A DNA stretch of 63,593 bases, the filler included, from Octopus bimaculoides (Eukaryota): NCBI RefSeq assembly GCF_001194135.2. It is 7 parts of 7 records of this genome, joined end to end, with 100 filler letters (N's around TTAATTAATTAA, not from the genome) between each part and the next. Parts side by side here need not be neighbours in the genome. Positions count along the whole stretch, not along the records: positions 40,835 to 59,855 come from NC_068996.1; positions 59,956 to 62,269 come from NW_026409021.1; positions 62,370 to 63,593 come from NC_068982.1; 4 more parts are not named here. The stretch is one strand, 5' to 3'. Shown here in pieces: positions 53,718 to 63,593 of this stretch (positions within the stretch are counted from its first letter, which is position 1; each line of letters starts with the position of its first letter). The position numbers and the translations under genes were made by a program. The notes beneath the pieces are model-generated. The model was not told where the DNA came from and did not search any database. It worked only from the letters and a program-made list of their open reading frames with translations.

Positions 53718-54498
53718 ATAGTAATTTTGGTTATATTTCTGAAAGTACACAAAATATTTTTTATATAAATATTAAGAAAATAAAACGTTTTTATAAGTGG
53801 TATACATAAAGAAAAATAATGTCTGACAGTAGCAGTTTGTCAAGTCTTATGTTGTTTGCAAGAAGAGTTATTGGATAAAGGAAGGAATAAGTTGGAGAAA
53901 AATTACTGTTTCAAAATCCAAAATGTTGGATATCTTTAGCAAAAATCAGAAATGATGAATACTGTATGATAGAACTAGTTGCTGCATATGCTTGCGACAA
54001 GAGGCTAATCTGGTTAAATATATAGTAAAGGAAAGGTTTGTGGATATGACTGTTATCATAACAATTGCTTTATTATAAAACTGTTAATTCCTTTACATCT
54101 TCTGGTGGTGCCACACAGGTATAGCAGCTGGCAATGTGTGTGTGCATGTGGCTTAGTGGTTAGGGTATTTAGCTCATGATCGTAAGGTTGTGATTTCAAT
54201 TCCCAGTGATGCATTGTGTCCTTGAGCAAGATACTTTATTTCACGTTGCTCCAGTCCACTCATCTGGCAAAAATGAACAGAATGTGTTTTTCAAAGGGCC
54301 AACTTTGTCACACTCAGTGTCATGAGAACTACATTAATGGTACATGTGTCTGTGGAGTGCTCAGCCACCTGCAGGTTAATTTCAAAAGCAGGCTGTGCTG
54401 TTGATCAGATCAACTGGAACCTTTGTTTTCATAACCAATGTAGTGCCAGTTTATATATATATATATATTAAAATTGATTAAAAGATAATGTGTGAAAT

Positions 54499-54565
54499 TA
54501 TCACAACAATTTAATCAATTTATCACAACAATTTAATCAATTTAAACACAACAATTTAATCAATT
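54499..54565. repeat. Three tandem copies of a 22-bp unit
   Basis: TATCACAACAATTTAATCAATT twice plus one variant copy. Confidence 0.9.
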
Positions 54566-55275
54566 TAAAAGTTATCAATCCATCTTCTCTGTCCACTATT
54601 CATGGGAAGGTCATGGAGGTAGAGTCTTCACACACCTCCTCCATAGAGCCCTATCAGAAGCAACCATCATTAGACTTTTCCAATGAGTTCCCTAGCATGA
54701 CCAACTGCGACTATGGATAAAATTCAACCATCTCATTCTTGGCCTACCCCTAGATGTGCATACTACTGGAGCTGTGATCTCTTAGAGTGGTCAGCATTAG
54801 GAAGAGCATCCAGCCATAGAAAACCATGCCAAATCAGACTGGGCTCTGGTGCAGCCTTCCAGTGTGCCAGCCCAGTCAAACCAACCAACCCATGCCAGCA
54901 CAGACAACAGATGTTAAATGGTGATGATGATGATGAGGTAAAGAGTTTTTTGTTACAAAGTCAACGGATTCTCTGCCAGAATACTTTATTGGTCAACCTA
55001 AAGTCAGAGTCCAGCTTATCCCCAAAGTCCTCTCATGATTTTGCCTGAATAAAAATAGACATGAGAGCTATCATCATTCAATATCCATCTTTCATGTTAA
55101 AATGGATAGATTAGATCAACAGGATCTGACACTGTAGGGCTGTGTTGAGCTTCTGCATCTGCTTTGGCATGGCCTCTTTGGCTGGGTGCTCATCCTAATA
55201 TCAACTACTTTACAGTGTCAATTATTTCCATTATTTACATCTGATGGATATTTGTCCTCATCTTGTTTGTTGTTA

Positions 55276-55319
55276 ACACAACATTTCAGCTGATATACCC
55301 TCCAGCCTTCATCAGGTGT
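55276..55319 (-). ncRNA. Type I minimal hammerhead-like motif in MTRFR intron 1 (sense strand)
   Basis: The minus strand reads ACAC-CTGATGA-A-GGCTG-GAGGGTATAT-CAGCT-GAAA-TGT-T-GTGT: 4-bp stem I, stem II with a terminal G-U pair, and a near-palindromic ATGT stem III. Confidence 0.65.
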
Positions 55320-56436
55320 CTTGGGGAAGTTTCTACTAGCTGTTACTGATGAAACTGAGACTGTAACATTACCACTTCAGTTTGGATGTCTCACTAAATT
55401 AAAATGTTTCCATTTTGTCACAGCTTCTATAAATACATAAATAAGAGATGGAAGGTTTCAGAATTATTTATGGACACTGAAATCATCATCACTATCACAA
55501 CTTCATGTTTCATGCTGGCATGGGTTGAATGGTTTGACAGGATCCAATGTGACCAAAATCTGCATTGTGTTCCAGTATCTGCTATAGCATGGTTTCTATG
55601 GTTGGATGCCCTTCTTAAGGGTAACTACTGAGTATTTTTCCTTGCTCCCAACACTAGTCAGGTTGCCATGCAGCTTGCAAAACTAGAAACCTTAAGGGAA
55701 AGGGAAGGGTATAGTGGTTTTATGATAGGGGACAAGGAATTAAAGTATGAGAAGTGGGAGAAGACAGAGCATGTCCTTGTCAAGGAGGCTACTCACATTT
55801 GGAAAAGAGGAAGAGAATGTTCTGCAGGATTTGTGATGAGATAAATAGTGGAGATGAAGTGTACAGGTGGCCTCTGAAGGCATGAGATGAGAAGTGGGTA
55901 GGGTTGCAAGATTGTATGGGAAGCAGGAGACAAGGGATACAGAGGCAGATTGCAACTACAAAACTGGGTAGAGTTGAAGGGTGGATGACCAATGAGTTAA
56001 TGAGTTGGGAAGTTAGAGGGCTGCAGAAGAGAGAATGAGAAGGGAGGGGAGAGCAACAAGCTAGTAATGATGGGAGGGAGGACAAGAAAGGGAGATGATG
56101 TGGTTGGATAGGCAGCAAGGAGCAGCAGAGAGAAAGAGACGCAAGTATAGTGTATGACGAGAGATAATTTGGCTCAATGTGTTGAGGGTAGGTGGGTGGT
56201 GAATCAATGAAGCATGTGAGTGGAGAGAACAATAATAATGGCTGAAGTATGGCTGTTTAGTGAAATGGTAGTGGTAGCATGTAAAATAACATGGTATCCC
56301 GGAATAGCTGTAGTGAGAGTTGATGGGCGGAAGGGATACAATATGAGGAGGAGATAGTGTGAGGTGTCCATTTGTGCGCATATATATATACTTACTTGGA
56401 AATGGATGCATCGCATTCAATTAACAAATAATAGAT

Positions 56437-56551
<115 letters not shown>

Positions 56552-56571
56552 GTACAGGACATCACCAACAA

Positions 56572-56813
56572 TACAAATAACATGAAATACATAAACAACG
56601 AGAAAAAAATGAAAAACAAGACAAGTAAACACAGAGAAAAGATCCTTCATCAGTTGTTGGCTGTCTGTCTACTCCCCATTTTGAATGAGGAGTAGATAGA
56701 CAGCCGACAACTGATGAAAGGTCCTTTCTCTGTGTTTATTTGTCCTGTTTTCCATTTTTTCCTTTTTGTTAACGTATTTAACTCGTTTGTATACATATTT
56801 CATGTTATTTGCA
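56572..56813. repeat. Long foldback palindrome with a 3-nt loop in MTRFR intron 1
   Basis: The arms meet at CCCCATT-TTG-AATGAGG. ORFs 56450(+) and 56669(-) translate to near-identical peptides ([17 protein letters not shown] vs [17 protein letters not shown]). Confidence 0.95.
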
Positions 56814-56974
56814 CCATATATGCAAATATTTTTACCCATATATGCATGTATGTACTTCTTGCAAGCAAACATTCACACAGACTTTTTTTCTCAGATGCTG
56901 AAAATTGCTTCCCAACTATCTACTCAGTCAAGTCTACAACTTCAGATCAACCATACTTGGTATTGGAACAATGA

Positions 56975-57400
56975 GGTAGGTCTGGTGAGATTGTTGAAAT
57001 GTCAATATAAGTAGACATTAACTGCATATAAGAGGTAAAAATGGAGGAGAGCTTCAGCCAGACTTCTCACAAGGAAAGAAAAACATAAATTCTTCAGAGT
57101 AGGCAATAGTGATGGTGTGGGAAGGTGTGGATATACTTTTGACAGAGAAACGTGGAGATAGTGATTGAGGTAGTCAGAGTGTGAGAGGATAGTTGAATCT
57201 GAGACCAATCTTGGATAAAGCAACAATGATATTTATCTGTACATATGCATATGCAGAGACTGACATGAACAGAAGGATCGATTTTGTGAAGTCCTTTTGT
57301 ATATTACCTTGATGATCAAAGACAACGACTTTAACATCATGGCTAGTAATTTCAACAGACATATTGTGCAGCAACCCATTGCATTCCATAGTGTACTTGC
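56975..57400 (+). mobile_element. RTE LINE AP-endonuclease remnant
   Basis: GRSGEIVEM...VDINCI*EVKWRRASARLL...GVDILLTEK...DFNIMASNFNRHI, degenerate. Confidence 0.75.
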
Positions 57401-57719
57401 TACCATGTTCAACAGTACCCGCTCTTATGCTTAGATATGACTTTCATTCTTTCCTAACCTTCTCCAATCATGCATCAGTCACATGCTAAATCTGCACTGA
57501 TTCCATGAGATTTTGAGAGTATTCTCCTGCTTGACCATTCCAATTTTGCCTTTTAACTGCAAAACATTTCAAGCATTACCCATATCAAGAAAACATCATT
57601 ACACTTTCCCTCCTTGAACATGAATGACACTCAGCTACAGCTCTCACTTCACTCTGAATGCTAAGCTTCCTTATCACTAAGGACCTCTCCTGACGGAAGT
57701 ACAACTTTAATGTACCTAA

Positions 57720-58130
57720 CACTACATCCTAAAGACTGGCCTTTCTATTTAGGGCCAGAGGATATTTCAGTGCCCAATAGCTATTGATACTCTATAAGGC
57801 TCAAGCAAAGCTTTAAAATAGAGTACTGATCTAACATCTACTGTTGCAGGGTCACCCAACTAATTGGCATTAAATCACTCACAGACATATTCCTCACAGC
57901 TGGCTGAACTTGTACCTCTACCACATAGGCACTCCCTAACCACTAATCTCTCTACTTCGTTGTCTTTGTTGTGTCCAAACCATCCTCATTCCACTGGCCT
58001 TGCACTAACTTATATGCCCACTCTTTCTTCCTCAGAGCATTATGTCTCTGGGATCTCTTTTCTGCAAGTAATATACCTGCAACAGTTTAAACACAACATT
58101 GATGCCTTACATTTCACCAGAATTAGAAGG
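57720..58130 (+). mobile_element. CR1/Jockey-group LINE 3' remnant
   Basis: SSQLAELVPLP...HPH...SFFLRALCLWDL...LQQFKHNI resembles the post-RT C-terminus of these LINEs. Confidence 0.55.
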
Positions 58131-59482
58131 CCTGCAATGTCATGAAGCTCAGCTTCTTCCTCCAGAATCAGCAAATAAAAACAAACAAATCTATCTTTGT
58201 TTGTTTTTATTTGTGGATTCCAAAAGTGCATTCCATAAGTGACCATTCAGGCTTTCAAAATTATTCCAAGGGTGTTTCAATCGCGACCATCCTACATTAC
58301 AAACATGACCATGTAACACTCTACTTAGATTTTTTTCTTAAAGACACTTTGGATAATCTTAGATACACCACTCCCAAAATATTTTTTAAACAATGGGTTG
58401 GAAGGTTTTCTATCATAGGAAGATCATTAGCAGTCATAATGGTTGTAGTTGGAATGTCGTCGATCATAGGACTGATCGAAGCTGATCTGGGGTTAAACAA
58501 CAATATATATTTCAACAATGCTGAAATATATTCTGTTGAGTATCAATGTTTGTTTTTCAATATTTTGATGGTAATTCATGGATTGATTAGGAACTGTAGC
58601 TGTAATTTCTAGCATGCTAGAGGACGTGCACACACGCATACACAAATCTATCACTAGTTGTTTAGTTTCAGGTTAGTTCTGGTAGACCAATCATCAACAA
58701 TATTCTACTCGTGACCTTCCCATATTTTTCAGGCAGCATGTCCTAGATTACATAATCCAATGTATCTTTTAAAAACATAAGGTGCGAGATAAGGGCGATT
58801 AGGGTGACAAAAAAAACAACAAAAAACAAAAATAGAGATGGTCACACTTGGAACATTTTCAAAAGATGGAATGGTCACAGTTGGAACAATTTTAAAGCGT
58901 TCCAACCGTGGTCATGGTCACAATTTGAATACCTTTAGAAAGATGCATGTTTTCAAGTATAAATGCACACATATGTGTACATATGCATGCGCACGTGAAA
59001 CAGTACATGTGCAAAACAATCAGACCGTTTATTTTCAGTTTCGAAAACTTTTTCTATTTTGTAATTTGTCATTTACGGGATACCCTATTTTAAGTAAGTT
59101 ATAAATGAAAATGTTTACTTGCATATTATTAATTACTCTTCTTATAACTAATGACCAATGTAAATTTGAAAATATGAAATTGTTTAATATGGATATATTC
59201 AAAGGTAAAGTGAGCAAGTAATTTTGAAGAAGAATACTAATAAATCTTATAATTAATTTTGTCCTGAGATTTAAATTGTCCTCTGAAGTAGCGAGTCAAA
59301 ATAGCTTAACACACAACATAAAGTTATGTACACTTGAATAATTTCTTCGAAAAAATTTTCTGAATCCATAAAGTAAAATAATTCGTAAAACATATCCATA
59401 TTTACTTGTAAGTGTAAATATATTAAATATCATGTGAAAAACACAACAGATTTAAAGTAGATAATCATAACAAAGCATTTAC

Positions 59483-59545
59483 CTTATGAATGTCAACAAC
59501 GTCAGACAATAGTCTCAGCAGTAGGCGGTGTAAACACAATTATGT
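59483..59545 (-). other. MTRFR: Probable non-coding exon 1 / TSS region of MTRFR
   Basis: Donor CATAAG|GTAAAT at 59483/59482, no ATG in the exon, and modest local CpG enrichment. This fits a non-coding first exon as recalled for human C12orf65. The 5' boundary is a guess. Confidence 0.5.
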
Positions 59546-59955
59546 TCTCATTTGAAAGTCAACCGCCTCATGAAAAAATATTCTTTTCTAATCTGGGCAC
59601 AAGGCCTGAAAGTTTGAGGGAAGGAGTAGTCGATTAGATCGACCCCAGTACGCAACTGGGATCTATATGGTTTGACGGCCAACACTTGTTTTCTTAACGA
59701 AACACTTTCAAACGTGGGATACTGGTAGAATGTGTCATATAAAACATCTTGGTGGACATTGGAATTAGACACTGAGGGAAAATGGCTGTAACTTTTTTAT
59801 TTTTTAATTTTGGCGATTTTCGTTTTCGTTAATGTGTTCTGCATGTCACGGTCATNNNNNNNNNNNNNNNNNNNNNNNNNNNNNNNNNNNNNNNNNNNNT
59901 TAATTAATTAANNNNNNNNNNNNNNNNNNNNNNNNNNNNNNNNNNNNNNNNNNNN

Positions 59956-59996
59956 TATAATGTCCATGAAATTCCTGCTAATGTTGTATCATGACC
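59956..59996 (-). CDS. CYP4: CYP4-family P450 exon starting GHDTT (truncated by a linker)
   Basis: Acceptor CATTGTCCCTCTAG then GGT CAT GAT ACA ACA TTA GCA GGA ATT TCA TGG ACA TTA TA = GHDTTLAGISWTLY. Confidence 0.9.
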
Positions 59997-61406
59997 CTAG
60001 AGGGACAATGTAAATATTTCATTTTATTGAATACTGGACAGTTTTAGAATATCGAGAATATAGTGAACTGAAATGATGCACCTTGCTGCACATGAGCCTC
60101 GCAAGTGTTAACTAGTTGCACCATGGATTTTTAGATTTATGATTTAAAGTTTTCGAAAATTCATGTTAGCCCTTTCAACCCGGAATTTTTTCTCAAGATT
60201 TGCAAGTATCTTCTCTAAAATTTTGGTAAAACTATATCGTGTAGATGCTTATTAGACAGTTTATGACTGTACCAATTATGCACACACTATTTTTAGTCCG
60301 GTACGTATTTGTACCATTTGGGTACACCATTTATTTCAGTGTCATCAAGCTTTCCTTTTGCAATATTGGTAGCAAGGACAGAAAAAATACAAAAACACGA
60401 TAAAGATTATAAGCTGCTAGAATAAAATAGTTATGTTACGTTTTCATGATATTTATCTCACTTATTTATTTACGTTCAAGTAAAAAATTTTGTATTCATT
60501 TCAATTGACATACTGAAATTTACTTTTAGAAATATGTATCGTAACATTGTTGCAAGAATGTTACTATCCAATGTTTATAAATTATACACAATATGTTTAT
60601 GATTAATAGGTTTACAATGAAGAAGATGTTATAAATAACTTACCAAAGCATGNNNNNNNNNNNNNNACACTTAAAAGCAGTTGGTAATGGTGGCGGGGTT
60701 TGTATGCATGCGAGCATTTTGAGCAGTCATTATAATGTCATACACTCCGATCATACGTCTGGCGCTACATACTTACCAGAAAAACCAGAGCAGTATTATA
60801 CTGCATCACATAAAATGGGAATTTTAAAGATTTGGGTTGTAAAGTTTTTGACTGGTACCAATATGCNNNNNNNNNNNNNNNNNNNNNNNNNNNNNNNNNN
60901 NNNNNNNNNNNNNNNNNNNNNNNNNNNNNNNNNNNNNNNNNNNNNNNNNNNNNNNNNNNNNNNNNNNNNNNNNNNNNNNNNNNNNNNNNNNNNNNNNNNN
61001 NNNNNNNNNNAAGGGTTAATGTAGAGAGTCGAAATAATGGTGTTATTTGTAACTTTATTAAGCACAGGTATGACTAATAAAACAAGATATGGAACAGTTT
61101 TCTATATTTTCCTGAAGGTTGTGCTTTAAAGTATTAAAAAACGTTCAACTGTGATGCACATCAAGGGTTTGCTTGATCTCTAGTGCTTCATGAATTTGTA
61201 AAAGTTAAACATCGCTGAAGTAGCCCCTTATTCTACAGGTTAAGACCATTGATAGACGTAGGTAGAAATGTATTCTAAATCGAAATATTGAAAACGAATT
61301 GTAATTCTAAATATGGTTAATGAATAGGAAATATTTATAATGCTATTAACATTTCATCCCAGATGAGTGGCCATTTAATGAATGTTAATACTTTACATAA
61401 ATTCAC

Positions 61407-61678
61407 CTCAAACATAAATGTGTCCACCTCTTCTCTCNNNNNNNNNNTACTTTACATAAATTCACCTCAAACATAAATGTGTCCACCTCTTCTCTCAACA
61501 TTGTTTGGTCTATTTCCCCTTCATGCAATTTGTCAAGGAGAGTATCCAAAAANNNNNNNNNNTTTGGTCTATTTCCCCTTCATGCAATTTGTCAAGGAGA
61601 GTATCCAAAAATACCAGTTTTTTCTTTTCATGACTCTCTTCATCTTCATCTTTACTGTTGGAGCTTTTCTTCAGGTTT
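61407..61678 (-). CDS. CYP4: CYP4-family (CYP4V-like) P450 exon ending EEVDTFMFE, redundantly assembled
   Basis: The non-redundant path 61678-61563 + 61503-61466 reads NLKKSSNSKDEDEESHEKKKLVFLDTLLDKLHEGEIDQTMLREEVDTFMFE with donor GAG|GTGAAT. It joins in phase 0 to GHDTT, forming the CYP4 signature EEVDTFMFEGHDTT. Confidence 0.92.
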
Positions 61679-62439
61679 NNNNNNNNNNNNNNNNNNNNNN
61701 NNNNNNNNNNNNNNNNNNNNNNNNNNNNNNNNNNNNNNNNNNNNNNNNNNNNNNNNNNNNNNNNNNNNNNNNNNNNNNNNNNNNNNNNNNNNNNNNNNNN
61801 NNNNNNNNNNNNNNNNNNNNNNNNNNNNNNNNNNNNNNNNNNNNNNNNNNNNNNNNNNNNNNNNNNNNNNNNNNNNNNNNNNNNNNNNNNNNNNNNNNNN
61901 NNNNNNNNTCAATCCCACTACAAGGCTAGCTGAACAAATGATTTGTGATTTAACCTTGTATTATTCATTGCATAGGGATTAACACTTATTAAATGGAAAC
62001 AGTGTGGAATCACATCACTTTTACACACACGCACACACACACATGAAACCAATGGTAGCCTTAATATACAAATAAAGAATCNNNNNNNNNNATAAAGAAT
62101 CTTTATCTATTAATGTTGTGTTGAACACTCATTCTCATTATTCGACATTTATGTGTGTATGTGAGTGTGTGCGTGTGTGTGTGTGTGCGTGTGTGCGTGC
62201 GTGCGTGTGTGTGTGAGTATGTGTGCATGTAGATATGAAAGTATATAAATAGATACACAAGCAGATAAANNNNNNNNNNNNNNNNNNNNNNNNNNNNNNN
62301 NNNNNNNNNNNNNTTAATTAATTAANNNNNNNNNNNNNNNNNNNNNNNNNNNNNNNNNNNNNNNNNNNNGCTTTCACTCCACTCCACAAATTCGTTCGCC
62401 ATCCAGCTTTCACGCCATCCACACAAAGATATACACACG

Positions 62440-62613
62440 CATGTATAAAGTACAAGCCTTGCTTTGTTGTAAGAAGTTGTCCTCCCAGCCACAGAGTTTC
62501 GGGTTCGGACCCACTGCGAGGTACCTTGAACAACTATCTTCTCCCCGGGTTGACGAAACCTTGTGAATGAATTTGTTAGATGGAAACTGAATCATGTCAT
62601 ATATATATATATA

Positions 62614-62648
<35 letters not shown>

Positions 62649-62810
62649 ATATGTGTGCATGTGAGTACCTGTGTGTTTTGTTCATGTGTGTATGTGCCTG
62701 TGTATGTGCCTGTGTTTGTTTTCCTCCACCACCACTTGACAATTGCTGTTGGTTTGTTTACCTCCACATAACGTAGCGGTTCGGCAAATGGGACTGACAG
62801 AATAAGTATT
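62440..62810 (+). mobile_element. tRNA-derived SINE copy
   Basis: Same head, microsatellite and tail structure as 3265-3731. Confidence 0.75.
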
Positions 62811-63271
62811 ATGTTTCACATATATTTGTGGAGGGTTTACATTCGTTCAGCTCAAATCCCTTCATGCCCTCAGACCTATAACTGAAATAAATACAAGGTA
62901 AAAGACATTTTTCCAGCCTTAATATTTAAGGTCTTAGAAGGATAGCATTTTTACCTTTTACTTATTATTTTTTTAACTTTACTTCTTGTGTTTTCGTTTT
63001 CCGTTTTCCGTTTTTCGTTTTCCGTTATTCATTTTCTGCGTTTTCTATATGCTGCCTTCTCACATTTTCGCGTTTCTTCTATTATTCATTTTTTTTTTTC
63101 AGTTCTTTATGATAAGTGGTTTGAGTTTGAAGAATATGTTTGAGTTTTCTCGATATATGAAACTATTATTAGCACTTCAATATATGTAATGTGACCTTTA
63201 AATAAATGATATCTCTCACCAGATGGAGTACTTTTTTGTTGAATTTTCTATCAGGGAATAGTACATTAAAC

Positions 63272-63314
<43 letters not shown>

Positions 63315-63593
63315 NNNNNNNNNNGTATGTATGTATGTATGTATGTATGTATTCATGTATGTATGTATGATGGAAAGGGGACAATCTGTTCATGTGTTTG
63401 CATCCCCGTGAATTAGCGGTTCGCTAAAAGAGACTGATAAAAGAAGTATCATGCTTTAAAAAAGACCTACTGGAGTCGATTCATTCTCGTAAAAAAAAGA
63501 ATTCAAAGTGGTGCCCCAGCATGGTCACATTCTAATGACTGCAGCAAATAAACAATTAGAAAATGCATATATATATATATATATATATATATA

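Noticed and set aside
58142-58612. 156-aa ORF with a hydrophobic, transporter-like stretch
   Set aside because: The hydrophobic part is the antisense of a dispersed repeat (TTGTTGTTTAACCCCAGATCAG...) also seen near 14285, and there is no convincing splice or domain support.

Overview
AT-rich, gap-ridden animal genomic DNA. The repeat families and microsatellite load suggest a coleoid cephalopod, probably Octopus (inference). Six artificial 100-bp linkers (44 N + TTAATTAATTAA + 44 N) split the window into seven blocks whose true adjacency is unproven. Four intron-containing genes are partly visible. A CFAP221/PCDP1-like gene on + has two well-supported exons (4006-4107, 4750-4968) and a possible terminal exon (22386-22512). 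COPS2 on - is represented by its last coding exon (35429-35573). MTRFR/C12orf65 on - has a GGQ coding exon (53319-53738) and a likely non-coding exon 1 near 59483. A CYP4-family P450 on - has two consecutive I-helix exons (61407-61678 and 59956-59996). The rest is transposon debris: tRNA-type SINEs, RTE and CR1 LINE pieces, mariner, DD37D maT, pogo/Tigger, hAT, piggyBac with a matching MITE, and Helitrons. Almost all ORFs in the supplied track are microsatellite or N-gap artefacts. The most notable unexplained signals are four dispersed hammerhead-ribozyme-like motifs (two with an extra core nucleotide, one with a very large stem II loop) and several long foldback palindromes inside likely introns. 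I found no clear evidence of a wholly new multi-gene system.
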